From Candidatus Oxydemutatoraceae bacterium (GTDB lineage: Bacteria; Pseudomonadota; Gammaproteobacteria; Poriferisulfidales; Oxydemutatoraceae): a DNA stretch of 64,000 nt. Made by a program: the position numbers and the translations under genes. The notes under the pieces were generated by a model. It saw only the letters and a program-made list of their open reading frames with translations, searched no databases and was not told the DNA's origin. This document shows positions 40,130-52,637 of this stretch, piece by piece. The stretch is taken from the NCBI GenBank assembly GCA_965226235.1, contig OZ245335.1:1580427-1644426 (forward strand). Direction: 5' to 3'. Position 1 is the stretch's first letter. Each line of letters opens with the position of its first letter.

Positions 40130-41328
40130 TTTAAACCTGGTGAATATTCTTTATGGTTTTTTGTTTGAAAAGTCACTGTTATTCGTGTTCCTCCAAGCTG
40201 ACTGGTCTGCACACGAAATTTACCTCCCAGTTCATGTGCCCGCTGCTGCATGATAATCAATCCATGACGATGTGTTTTAGCCTGTATATTTTTCATGCCT
40301 ACCCCATCGTCATCAACACTAATGCATATCAATCCATGATTTGAAATGCATAACGTCACTTCAGCACAACTGGCATGCGAATGTCTTACGACATTTGAAA
40401 TTGCTTCGCGGATGATTTGCAAAACGTGAATTTCCTCATCAACAGCCAAATCCATGCGAGACAACCTGTTATCCAGGCTGACTGCTACATTGCTGCGATT
40501 TTCAAACTCCTCTACGGAATCTTCCAGCGCATGAGCAAGGTCACGACTTTTTAGCACCAATCTGGAAGTAGTAATCAATTCACGTAACTGGTTGTATGTA
40601 ACATTGAGATTTGCTCGCAACTCTTCAACGATGCCATTGACTGCATTGATATTACTGTCACTGTTTAGTGGGTTAACTTTCAGTAGTGACTGCAGACGAC
40701 TTACCTGTATTTTCAGATATGAAAGAGATTGGGCCAGGGAATCGTGCAGTTCTCTCGCTATTAAAGCTCTTTCTTCGTGCAGGGCAAGTCGCTTGCTCAT
40801 ATCCAGATATTGTGAGCTTGATAAAATCCCATTCAATGCACATTTTATGGATTCTATTTCCATTACAGAAATTCTGTTTGACACGGATCGGGGAATTTTC
40901 AAGACAAGTATTCCATAAGGATTCTGATTGCTGTCGCTCAAGCGGATAATTTTAATATCGTATAAACTGCTCGATGCTTGGCTATCTGCTTGGCTATATG
41001 AATGCAATGTGTCGTAATTCGCAGCGATTGAGATATGGCCTAAATGATCATTTAGCACATCCCGCTCCGATTCGTCGGTAATGGCTACAAGCTCATTTCC
41101 ACCAGATTCCTTGGTGATGAAAATTGCGCTCGTAACGGCATGGGTTACGGATTCAATTTCTTTTAACAACGTCAGGAACGGGGCAACGGAACCGGGGGCT
41201 TCAACTATATCCCGTAGCACGGCATTGAGGAAATGAAGGTGTTTGTGTTCGCCGGGATATTCTAAAAATTCCGGACAGGGAACTTCCTGGCCGGCAGCGC
41301 GCTTTTTATTTTTCTTGGGCCAGAACAA
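40126..41328 (-). CDS. sensor histidine kinase, NarX/NarQ-like HisKA_3 + HATPase_c core, cytoplasmic (no TM), with N-terminal GAF-like domain
   Basis: H-box ELHDSLAQSLSYLKIQ. ATPase motifs …QIIREAISNVVRHS…DDGVGM…GHGLIIMQQRAHELGG. No hydrophobic segments. Confidence 0.7.
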   Translation of the reverse strand: MFWPKKNKKRAAGQEVPCPEFLEYPGEHKHLHFLNAVLRDIVEAPGSVAPFLTLLKEIESVTHAVTSAIFITKESGGNELVAITDESERDVLNDHLGHISIAANYDTLHSYSQADSQASSSLYDIKIIRLSDSNQNPYGILVLKIPRSVSNRISVMEIESIKCALNGILSSSQYLDMSKRLALHEERALIARELHDSLAQSLSYLKIQVSRLQSLLKVNPLNSDSNINAVNGIVEELRANLNVTYNQLRELITTSRLVLKSRDLAHALEDSVEEFENRSNVAVSLDNRLSRMDLAVDEEIHVLQIIREAISNVVRHSHASCAEVTLCISNHGLICISVDDDGVGMKNIQAKTHRHGLIIMQQRAHELGGKFRVQTSQLGGTRITVTFQTKNHKEYSPGLK

Positions 41329-41399
41329 GTTTGTTTTATGTGTAAAATTAAGAAACGCTTGGAAGAATGCAGTGCATTTTTGTAGCTACCCGATACTAT

Positions 41400-41600
41400 C
41401 TAATTGCCGGCGCGTATCAATATTTGATGAGTGCCAGCAGCCTTTGCGGTGAGTAAAGGCCTTTGCATGGGACGCATGTTCCCGAAACGTGTTCCTTTAC
41501 CCCGTATGGCCGAATCGCTCCATACTCGGGTCTCGTCACCGTGCAGCAAGTTCCCCGGAACCGGGCTGTCATGCGCATTCGCCGCCGTGACAATCATTGA
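41400..41600 (-). mobile_element. IS5-family transposase internal fragment
   Basis: …IVTAANAHDSPVPGNLLHGDETRVWSDSA… matches …ATAANVHDSQVLGELLHGGETRVWGDSAY of the IS5 copy at 9351-10028. Confidence 0.55.
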
Positions 41601-41657
41601 GTTGTATCAGCCTGATTCGGCTGTCCACACCGATTTTTACTCTGACATTGCGCCTCT

Positions 41658-42620
41658 TTACTCGAAATGAGTGCGCAACTCTTCGCTGATTGAGAAAATA
41701 TCTGCAATAACCCCGTAGCGTGCAATATTGAATATTGAAGCTTCGGCATCCGTATTGACTGCAATAATATTAGGTACATGTTTCATGCCCGCCATGTGCT
41801 GTACGGAACCGGAAATTCCCATCGCAATATAAATATTGCAACTGCTTACGGTCTTGCCTGACTGCCCTACCTGGCGGGATTTTGGTAGCCAGCCATTGTC
41901 CGCAATGGGGCGTGAGCAGCCAAGGGTGAAATCTATCAAGTCTGCCAGTTCCTGGAATTGTTCAACATTGTCTTCTTCGCTGATTCCACGCCCTATTGAC
42001 AGAATGTGTTCCGCTTGGGTGATGTCTACATCGCCGCCGGATTCAGGTTCTATAAATTCCAAATGTCTGGTATGCATCTGTGTTTCAGGCAGAGCGAAGG
42101 AGTTTACTTTCGGACGTGCAGTCCCTTCGACAGGCTTGAAGACGTTAATACGGATGGTGACCAAAACTGTTTTTTTGCCGGGAAAGTCCACTTCCACATG
42201 CATTTTTTCGGCATATGCGGCACGAGTTGCTACCAGTTCATCTCCGTCGTAGTGGATGGCAAATACATCGCTGGCAAAACCAAAGCCGCCTTTTGCCGCT
42301 ACCACCGGGGCGTATCCCCACGCATCCACACTATGCGGCATCAGGATGACCGCCGGCATACGCTCGCGTGCAAGTGCCAGTACTGCTGACTCATAAATAT
42401 CCGGCTGAAAATTCTCGGTAGGTGTTTCAATGGTAATGACCTCATCCACACCGGTTACACTGACCGGTTCCACAAACCTGTCCGGGTCTTTACCCAGTAT
42501 GACCACGGATAATTGCTGTTCATTTTGAGACTTGAGCATGGAAGCTACACGGATAACTTCCAGCGTTGCCACGCTAAGTTCGCCCTGTCGGTGATCTGCA
42601 AGTACCAGTATCCCGCTCAT
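41658..42620 (-). CDS. etfA: electron transfer flavoprotein, alpha subunit
   Basis: 320 aa. FAD-binding C-terminal domain (…IYIAMGISGSVQHMAGMKHVPNIIAVNTDAEASIF…). Confidence 0.85.
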   Translation of the reverse strand: MSGILVLADHRQGELSVATLEVIRVASMLKSQNEQQLSVVILGKDPDRFVEPVSVTGVDEVITIETPTENFQPDIYESAVLALARERMPAVILMPHSVDAWGYAPVVAAKGGFGFASDVFAIHYDGDELVATRAAYAEKMHVEVDFPGKKTVLVTIRINVFKPVEGTARPKVNSFALPETQMHTRHLEFIEPESGGDVDITQAEHILSIGRGISEEDNVEQFQELADLIDFTLGCSRPIADNGWLPKSRQVGQSGKTVSSCNIYIAMGISGSVQHMAGMKHVPNIIAVNTDAEASIFNIARYGVIADIFSISEELRTHFE

Positions 42621-43414
42621 GGTGCCTCTCCTTTTAATTCTTTGATGATTTCGGCCATACGTGCCGCCTGTTCTGCTGCAGTGCCTTCAATCAATTCCGC
42701 CTGACCTTTTTCAGGAATGAACATCCGGCGTAAACGAAAAGCAGAACCCGCCTCGCCCACATCGTTGTCACTCAAGCCCAGATCGGTATGGGTCAGTTCT
42801 TCAACCGGTTTAGCCCTGGCTTGTTTGATGCCACGTAGCGATCCATAACGGGGTTCGTTAATCCCGAGCTGAATTGTCAGTACAGCCGGGCAGTCCACTG
42901 CAAGCACCTCTTCCAGTCCTCCTTCCAGTTCACGCCGTACTTTGGCAGTAGAATCTCCCGCAGAGTATTCGAGGCTCGAGACCACTGCAACATGCGACCA
43001 ACCAAGCTCTGCAGCGATTGCGATGCCAGTGCTTGCATGGGCATGATCTGCAGACAGAGTACCTGCAAATACCATGTCAACATGCTCCTTGATGGCAACT
43101 CTTGCAATTACCTTTCCGATCACAAGTGAATCAGAACCTTTCAATTCATCACTCCAGACACGAATGCCACGTTCACCGCCCTTGGCCAGGCATTTACGCA
43201 GGCCATCTTCGGCCTCTTTCGGACCCACGGTAACCGGAATGATTTCCACTCCTTCATGTGCTTCCATGATCTGCAGTGCGGTTTCGTAGGAATAGTCATC
43301 CCATTCATTGAGTTCGTAATCAAGGTAATCAGGATCGGCATCTTTGCCGTCCTCACGCACCTCAAAATCCTCATCAAGCGTTGCAATCTGTTTAATGGCT
43401 ATCAGTATTTTCAT
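42617..43414 (-). CDS. etfB: electron transfer flavoprotein, beta subunit
   Basis: 265 aa: MKILIAIKQI…VTVGPKEAEDGLRKCLAKG… ETF-beta signature. 4-nt overlap with etfA. Confidence 0.85.
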   Translation of the reverse strand: MKILIAIKQIATLDEDFEVREDGKDADPDYLDYELNEWDDYSYETALQIMEAHEGVEIIPVTVGPKEAEDGLRKCLAKGGERGIRVWSDELKGSDSLVIGKVIARVAIKEHVDMVFAGTLSADHAHASTGIAIAAELGWSHVAVVSSLEYSAGDSTAKVRRELEGGLEEVLAVDCPAVLTIQLGINEPRYGSLRGIKQARAKPVEELTHTDLGLSDNDVGEAGSAFRLRRMFIPEKGQAELIEGTAAEQAARMAEIIKELKGEAP

Positions 43415-43469
43415 TAAAATTGGCTCGGAAGGTTGAACCTACATTATAATTTTTTATATCTTGAAAAAA

Positions 43470-44846
43470 TTATAGTTGCCTGGACAAATATCGGGCCAGT
43501 CTGGTGGTAGCCATGAATCGTACCCGAGCCTCCGGGTCGTGAAGCAAACGCCATAAATCATCCACTGCCAGATTAGGATGCTGTGCCAGCATAAAGCGGT
43601 TAAGGGGGTAAGGGTCTTCGAGCAGCCTTTGCAGAACCGGGTATGTTGAGCTTTTATTGAGAAGCACGGCACGTCGCACATCCTTGTTCGGATGTCCGGC
43701 AATATATTTTACTATCTCGCCGGGGGTGTTCGGGTTTCTGCCAACCGATGAAATCACATCCAGGTCCGTTTCGCCTGCAAGTTTGCGAATGGTTTTTTCA
43801 GAGGCATCGGTACGTGATGCCACGCCTGCCCTCACCCATGCACACGAGTCCTTTGCAAGTTCATCGATAAGCGCAGGCGGACATGCGGGGTTGCGCGCCA
43901 CCCCTCGCCGAACTTCCATGACCGAATCACAGGCTAACGCCGCCAGGCATTCCTGTGGTGTGTCTGTATTGCGTGCAATCCACCGGCGCACCCAGGAATC
44001 GTCATCGTTGGCCAGACGCTTGATTAAACCGGTTGCAAGCCTTGGCTTGCGTGCCTGAGCACGTCTCACTTGCCTGGAAGGGTCGCTCAACACCTCATTC
44101 AGCCGAGCACCGGGTAGCACTGAACTACGGGTTGCAGCAACGCGTACCTGTGCATTAGGGTCAGAAAGCAAAATAGATGAAAGTTCAATCGGGATGCCTG
44201 GGTTGCCCGCCAGCATCCTTCGTAGCAATGAAGAGTCGCTGCACAGTGCAGTAGACATTAAATCCACAGGACATTGCGCATGTGCTGCAATCTCGGCTTG
44301 CAAGTATTTATCTTCGCACTGCCATAATTGATGCAATATTGCTCCATCGGCATTAGGGTTTTTGGCTATCTCTTTTTTTTGTAGCATGCTGGTATTTTCC
44401 AGCATTGCCTTGAGTACGGTCGTCCCGGTATTTTTGTTCTTGCAAAGAGCCTGTTTAAGCCTGTCGGATTGATGCCAAGGCATCTGTGCAAGCACATGCT
44501 GACCGGCACCCGGATTCGATGCGACGGCGATTAAAACCTCTAAAGTGCCCTCTGATAGCGCAGACAGCACTTTGTCAGGAATAGACGGATGGCGTAGTGC
44601 ACATATTCTGACTTTTGCATCTCTATCATGGGCCAGGCGTTCCAACACGCTTGAAGGTGTATAAGGTGCGCGTGCAAATTGAAGTTTGCGTTTTTTCGTA
44701 GTGAGCAGCATGCCCTCCACTTGCTCACGTGCCCCGGATTCAACAAAAGGATGCAATGCCGCAGCGCAATACGGATCGCCGTGGTCCAGTGTATGTTGAA
44801 CCAACTCATCCAAGGGGGCATCTGCTATTACGCAAGTGTGCTGCAA
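43470..44846 (-). CDS. leucine-rich-repeat-variant (LRV)/HEAT-like repeat protein
   Basis: 458 aa with many tandem ~23-aa units …VRxxVARNPxxPxxLIxxLAxDxxxxVR… (e.g. VRRGVARNPACPPALIDELAKDSCAWVRAGVASR). Confidence 0.6.
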   Translation of the reverse strand: MQHTCVIADAPLDELVQHTLDHGDPYCAAALHPFVESGAREQVEGMLLTTKKRKLQFARAPYTPSSVLERLAHDRDAKVRICALRHPSIPDKVLSALSEGTLEVLIAVASNPGAGQHVLAQMPWHQSDRLKQALCKNKNTGTTVLKAMLENTSMLQKKEIAKNPNADGAILHQLWQCEDKYLQAEIAAHAQCPVDLMSTALCSDSSLLRRMLAGNPGIPIELSSILLSDPNAQVRVAATRSSVLPGARLNEVLSDPSRQVRRAQARKPRLATGLIKRLANDDDSWVRRWIARNTDTPQECLAALACDSVMEVRRGVARNPACPPALIDELAKDSCAWVRAGVASRTDASEKTIRKLAGETDLDVISSVGRNPNTPGEIVKYIAGHPNKDVRRAVLLNKSSTYPVLQRLLEDPYPLNRFMLAQHPNLAVDDLWRLLHDPEARVRFMATTRLARYLSRQL

Positions 44847-44882
44847 CCGGATTGCTTAAGAAGCAATATCATCCAAACCTCG

Positions 44883-47006
44883 TTAACTGGCGGCATTGAA
44901 GTCCATGCACTCTGCCACCAGTTCGATGAGTTCTTTTATTTTGAAGTCGTTTTCGTGCCCCGTGGATTTTACCGCATCCTCAAACATGTTCATGCATTTT
45001 GGGCAGTTCACTACAACTACGTCCAAATCGTCAATCCGTGCAGCTTCCTGCATACGATGTTCCGAAGGCTTGTCTTTATCAGCAGGATCAGCCATCCAGA
45101 TACGCCCGCCGCCAGCCCCACAGCAAAATGAGTTATCGCGTGAACGTTCCATTTCCACCAGCTCCGCACCCAAAAACTTGATCGCATCGCGCGGCGCATC
45201 GTAACCTTTGTTCAGCCGGCCTAGATGACACGGATCATGATAGGTAACGCGACAGTCCAGTTTTTCAGTCAGTTTAATCTGGCCTGATTCAAGCATGCGT
45301 TGAATCAAGGTGCTGGCATGTTCTATTGCAAAGTGACCTTCAAATTGCGGGTATTCATTTTTAATAGTGTTAAACGAATGCGGATCGGTGGTCACGATCC
45401 TGTTGAATTCACACCCTTGTAAGGTATCAATGTTGGTTTCTGCAAGATGTTCGTAAAGCCCCTCTTCCCCCACACGGCGTACATCATTGCCCGCATTCAT
45501 TTCCGCTTCATACAGAATGCCAAAATCTACACCGCTGGCATGCAGAATTTTGGCGAATAACCGGGATACTTTCTGATAGCGTGGATCAAATGAGGCGAAA
45601 TCACCTACAAACCAAAGGATATCTACGGCTTCTTTGCGCGCATCTTTGATTTTAAAATCCAGCTTTTTTGTCCATGCAGGCCGTTTACGTTTGTTTTCAC
45701 CGAAGGCGTTGCCTTTTTTCTCAATCTGCTGCAGTGCCGTTTGCACGGTAGAGTCCATATCGCCTTGCTCGACCAGGGCACGACGCATTTCCACGATGAT
45801 CGGGACGTGTTCCACTCCTACCGGACAGATCTCGACACATGCCGCACAAGCACGACAAGCCCACAGTGTTTCTGAACGCACCTGGTGTACGTTGTTTCCG
45901 ATGGCCGCCAAGGCGGTGTTATCTGGCAGGGATGCGTGCTCCAGTGTGCTGGCCGCCAGTTCGCGCAAGGTCAGGATCACATCTCGAGGAGACAGCGCAA
46001 AGCCGGTCGCATTCGCCGGACACGCTTCATGGCAGCGTCCACACATGGTACAGGCATCTGCCTGCAGCAGATATTTCCAACTGAGGTCCGTAATTTTGTT
46101 ATAGCCAATGGTCTCACCTCCCAGATCCGCTTTCGGCAGGCATGCTGCCGGCCGCTCATCACGCATTGCCAAAGACACCATCGCAGTGAAGATGTGTTTG
46201 ACCTTGGTAAACGGGATCAAGGCAATGAAGGCAAAGGCCAGCAGCCCGTGAAACCACCACAGGTAAAGCCGTAAAACCCCACCTCCATCAGCCGATACGC
46301 CTGCACCTTGCAGCAGATATGCGAGCAGTGTCCCTACAGGTGACCACCATCGATACTCCCACACAGTCGAATCGCCCTGCAACCATACCAATCGCGCGGC
46401 TTCCAGCATAAAGCCGGTAATTCCAATCAAGATGAGCGTCCACAAAAAAGCCCAGTCTTCCGTACGATACCAACTGCGATCATAGTCAGGTTCGTCTTCC
46501 GTGCGATCCGGTCGCGCGTACTCGAGTTTTGGCGGTTTTAACCACTTGCGCCGATACATCATATAAATCAGTCCTGTTATCAACGCAATACCGGCTGCAT
46601 CCAGAATTAACGAGAACCACAGATAGAAGGATCCGTACCAGAACGTGAAGCCGATCAGGGGTTCGAGAATGTCGTATTCAAGGGTAATGGTTGCGGTACC
46701 GATGAATAACAATGTAAAACCGAAAAAGATGAGTGCGTGGGTATGCCCGGCAGCGGCATCACGGCGCTTGATGGTGCGATGGGTCAAGACATCCTTGACC
46801 ATATTTACTATACCGTTGCCTGACGCACTGAACTGCACAGGCGTTCCACGCCGGTACTTGCGCACCTGCACGTAGCAGCCGTATACAAAGATTGCGATGG
46901 TCAGGATTGTGGCAATATAAAAAGACACCATCATCCAGGCAGGAAAATCCTGAAACAGAATGCGGGTAATCTGTTCGGCGGCATGATACGAATCATTCAT
47001 ATTCAT
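44883..47006 (-). CDS. membrane-anchored Fe-S oxidoreductase (N-terminal polytopic membrane domain + two 4Fe-4S ferredoxin motifs + C-terminal CCG cysteine-rich domains, HdrD/GlpC-like)
   Basis: CxxCxxCxxxCP motifs CTMCGRCHEACP and CRACAACVEICP. CCG motifs …DPCHLGR… and …FCCGAGGG…. About 5 TM helices at the N-terminus. Start between 47045 (GTG) and 47000 uncertain. Confidence 0.65.
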   Translation of the reverse strand: MNMNDSYHAAEQITRILFQDFPAWMMVSFYIATILTIAIFVYGCYVQVRKYRRGTPVQFSASGNGIVNMVKDVLTHRTIKRRDAAAGHTHALIFFGFTLLFIGTATITLEYDILEPLIGFTFWYGSFYLWFSLILDAAGIALITGLIYMMYRRKWLKPPKLEYARPDRTEDEPDYDRSWYRTEDWAFLWTLILIGITGFMLEAARLVWLQGDSTVWEYRWWSPVGTLLAYLLQGAGVSADGGGVLRLYLWWFHGLLAFAFIALIPFTKVKHIFTAMVSLAMRDERPAACLPKADLGGETIGYNKITDLSWKYLLQADACTMCGRCHEACPANATGFALSPRDVILTLRELAASTLEHASLPDNTALAAIGNNVHQVRSETLWACRACAACVEICPVGVEHVPIIVEMRRALVEQGDMDSTVQTALQQIEKKGNAFGENKRKRPAWTKKLDFKIKDARKEAVDILWFVGDFASFDPRYQKVSRLFAKILHASGVDFGILYEAEMNAGNDVRRVGEEGLYEHLAETNIDTLQGCEFNRIVTTDPHSFNTIKNEYPQFEGHFAIEHASTLIQRMLESGQIKLTEKLDCRVTYHDPCHLGRLNKGYDAPRDAIKFLGAELVEMERSRDNSFCCGAGGGRIWMADPADKDKPSEHRMQEAARIDDLDVVVVNCPKCMNMFEDAVKSTGHENDFKIKELIELVAECMDFNAAS

Positions 47007-47041
47007 CAGCCGATCTTGTTTGTATCCGTGTAGATGGGTTA

Positions 47042-47068
47042 CCACGGACCCTCTCGGTGGGTCCGTGG
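47042..47068 (-). other. perfect 10-bp stem / 7-nt loop hairpin in the tmd - Fe-S oxidoreductase intergenic region
   Basis: ccacggaccc tctcggt gggtccgtgg read directly. No U-tract, so not a canonical terminator. Confidence 0.6.
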
Positions 47069-47132
47069 TGATACGGATTCGTCGCGGACAACATACCCAA
47101 GCCCATTATTATCTGGCTTGAGGAAGTTGTTT

Positions 47133-49340
<2,208 letters not shown>

Positions 49341-49949
49341 CTACAAACATAATGAGCCGGGCAGTGTTCAGTTACTGACGTAACGCTTATGGCGTTCCCG
49401 CCGAAAGAGACCACCACCGGCTTGACAGCCTAAGGAGGACTCTTTGAGTGCGGTCAACTCGCATGTGGCAGGTTACGGCATTTAAAGAACATTTTTCAAC
49501 TATAAAAAATAATGTCCTTGAGCGATGGGCGAGTCAATGCGACTTAGGTTATACCTATAAAGCGGTATTCATTGGAACTCCATTTGCTGAATAGGTGGAC
49601 TTCGCCTGTTTCATAGGGGAATTACGGCAGGGAATTCGGCGATCCGCTCCTGTCCAATTAGATGGGAACAGTCCGGGCGAGGTTCACCTCAAGCAGTTCC
49701 AGCACCCTTACCTGTACCGGTGTCGGTCGGGTCGGCAGGTGGAATGCAACGGCCCACTCTTCCTTCTTCCTTGTCGGTCGCCGAGCCGCCCGACTTTTTC
49801 GGCAAGCCGACTTCATTGTAGGTCAGGGTGGCGAGATCCCGTATCAAGGTTTGGAGACTATGCACAGGGAGGTCGTCGAAAGATCTTTCTAGATACTGCC
49901 CCGCTTGGGCTTGGGACGAGATGCAGGCCGCCTTTTGCACCGGCGTCTC

Positions 49950-50230
49950 TCGCAAGGCACGGGCTTTGCTCCCTCCCGACCCTCACCCTCAAACAGCATC
50001 GAAGCCAATGCGCGCCGCAGATGTCATTACACATTACCAGACATCAGGGGTTCGGCAGCGGCTACCGCTCGCCGAGATGATCCAGATAACGCTTCAACCG
50101 CACGTACCGCACCGAAGCTCCAGATACCTGGCTGTTCGGGGATCTGGACGAAGTGCGAGAAACCACTTGGACCTGGATGCTCGAGTACAACGAGGAGCAA
50201 GACTATGACAGCCTGGGTAGGATGACATCC
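49950..50230 (-). mobile_element. IS3-family (IS407-like) degenerate remnant in the tmd-SBP intergenic region
   Basis: Contains the recurring gatccagataacgc… (encodes …RYLDH… of orfB on the minus strand) and a …EYNEEQ..SLG… C-terminus-like stretch. Confidence 0.35.
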
Positions 50231-50487
50231 ATCAAGGCACTTGAAAACATCAGATCCCCTACTTTTGCACTGTCAACTTTACAGAGAGGCTTACAAGATT
50301 ACTACCACTAAAGAGTTACTTCAGATGGGTCATTGACGGAAATTGGCTGACAGACAATTATCTCTCCTTGGAGATATTGGGCTATTCACGTACAGACTAC
50401 TTTAGTAAACCCAAGTTCAATATGTCTGCAAATTTTAGACTTTAAAGCTGATTTCATAGGACTTAGCGCGAACCGGAGGGTTGGAAT

Positions 50488-51762
50488 ATGGGAATTACAC
50501 GTCGAGGCTTTTTAAAAGCGACTGTAGCTGGAACTGCTGCAGGAGCTGTCGGGCTAACGCCCAGCTTTTTGCTGGCGGGCGAAAAAATAGTCAAAATCGG
50601 AATGAATATACCGATGACTGGCGATTATGCGCCTTGGGGATTGCCTGGCATGTATGGTTGCAACATTGTTGCTAACGCGATTAACGCCAAGGGAGGAATC
50701 AAGGTAGGGGGTGACACCTACAAGATTGAAATTGCGAGTTACGACCACGGATACGACACCGAAAAGGCCATACAGGGTTATAAAAAGCTCGTATTGGAAG
50801 ATGGAGTGAAAATGGTCATGATGCTTGGTGGTTCCACCGTGGCATCGGTATTGCCTTGGGCACACCGACAGAAAATGCTCACCAATACACTCCTGCCAAG
50901 CGATATCACGCCTGATACCCCGTACCTGACTGCACTTTGTGAAACCCATCCCGTGTATAACGTTACGGGTGTCGAGTGGCTGGCAGAGAATTTTCCGAAT
51001 GCAGAAACTGCAGTTATTGTCACCACGGATGATATCGAATATGGCAAGCAGTCCGCTGCCACGTATAAAGCGGCCTTTGAAGTTGCAGGTATCGAGGTGC
51101 TTGATACCAATTTCCATGGTTTTGATGTGACAGACTTTGCTCCCATTGTGAGCTCGTTGCTGGCCAAAAAGCCTGACATCTTCTGCATGGCAACCGACGT
51201 GTACACCACATCGCTGGTTGAACAACTGTACCACCAGGGATTTAAGGGCAAGGTGGTTTCCTGCACACTGGATGGGTACCAGGATGTTATCGCCAAAACA
51301 AGCCAGGAGTTTGTAGATGGCATCATCTTCCAGTTCCCGGACTTTGACGACCCTGCGCTGGAGTCAAATAGCCAGGTGTATTTCCCCAACCCGTCGCCTG
51401 GTGCATTTGATGCCGCATTCAAGAAAGATCACGCAGGTGAATGGTCGGCAGTAGCTTGGGAGTATCCTTCCATCCTGCAACTCTGGGCGGATGCGGCAGA
51501 AACCGCAGGCAGCATTGAGCCCATGGATGTCCTGGAGACACTCAAGGCAAACCGGACACCACCGCATGCCTTTGGTCCCGGTCACTGGTGGGGCAAGGAT
51601 CTATGGGGCCAGGACAATGCCGTAGTGGGTGACTGGCCTGTCGTCACCATGCAGGGCGGACAGGCCCGCATCGTTGAATTCAGAAACGTGCACACCTGGC
51701 TGGAAAAGCACAACGGTGTGTTGAAAAAGCACATGCGGGCTCTAGACCTGAGGACAACCTGA
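50488..51762 (+). CDS. ABC transporter substrate-binding protein, Liv/amide-urea-binding family, Tat/Sec signal
   Basis: MGITRRGFLKATVAGTAAGAVGL… then periplasmic-binding fold type I. RBS GGAGGG. Confidence 0.7.
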   Translation: MGITRRGFLKATVAGTAAGAVGLTPSFLLAGEKIVKIGMNIPMTGDYAPWGLPGMYGCNIVANAINAKGGIKVGGDTYKIEIASYDHGYDTEKAIQGYKKLVLEDGVKMVMMLGGSTVASVLPWAHRQKMLTNTLLPSDITPDTPYLTALCETHPVYNVTGVEWLAENFPNAETAVIVTTDDIEYGKQSAATYKAAFEVAGIEVLDTNFHGFDVTDFAPIVSSLLAKKPDIFCMATDVYTTSLVEQLYHQGFKGKVVSCTLDGYQDVIAKTSQEFVDGIIFQFPDFDDPALESNSQVYFPNPSPGAFDAAFKKDHAGEWSAVAWEYPSILQLWADAAETAGSIEPMDVLETLKANRTPPHAFGPGHWWGKDLWGQDNAVVGDWPVVTMQGGQARIVEFRNVHTWLEKHNGVLKKHMRALDLRTT

Positions 51763-51799
51763 GGGGGCTAGAAACATATTGGACAACTGGCCTGACATG

Positions 51800-52620
51800 A
51801 GTTGATCCAGCATGAGCTAATCCAGCATGTCGGCTTTCGTATTAAAGGTTTCCATGACATCACCCGTTGGTTCAACCAATGGGTGGTGGTCATGGGAACG
51901 AATGCCCAGCAGAAACTGGATGCGCTGACATTCTCAGCCGTGCGACCTTGTATCGCTGGCGCAAACCATATCGGGAAGCCAGTGCGAATAGTCCACACAA
52001 CCATAGCAACGCTTCGCAACGCCGGTTGCACATTGCTTTCCAAATCTGGAAAGGGGCAAATTGCATGTGCTGTTACAGCCTTGATGCAAACGTTGCGAGA
52101 CGGTACGTCCCAGCGTGCACCTCAACGTGAGCACCGCCCGGGCAGTTGATTGGCAACATGCCGGACAAAATGCGCTACGCGCCGATGCATCCGACCTCGA
52201 AAGGCAAGCGCAAACCGTTGCGCCGACAGCGTTTCAAGCAACGTCCGGGTAAATCTTTCCGTGGAAGCTAGTTCCAGGGTGAGTTTGCGGTGAGTTTGCC
52301 GAATATGCCAAAGCCGAAGGATGGTGCCATTGCCATACCTCCCGCGTAGCCCGGGAATGAATGCCCTCGACGAACGCTTCAACCGCACGATTCAGGAAGG
52401 ATTCGTCGATTATGAACGGGGATCTACCAGGACCTACCGCGCAATGATCTGCAGGCGTTCAACCATCATTTTGCTGGATTACCTGGATCGCTATAATAAC
52501 CAGCGATCATACCGAGGATTCGACCAGCCGCCCCCCTGCCAAATACTTACAAAACGCCTGCCTGATTTGTCCATATGTGGTGCCCGCATACAAAGTCTGG
52601 CTTTATGCAATAACAACTGA
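51800..52620 (+). pseudogene. IS481-family highly degenerate remnant between SBP gene and permease genes
   Basis: Fragments …LYRWRKPYREA… and …MNALDERFNRTIQEGFVDYE…LDYLDRYNNQRSYRGFDQPPPCQIL… echo IS481 N- and C-terminal regions. Many stops. Confidence 0.55.
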
Positions 52621-52637
52621 ATACTACGGAGAGCCTC

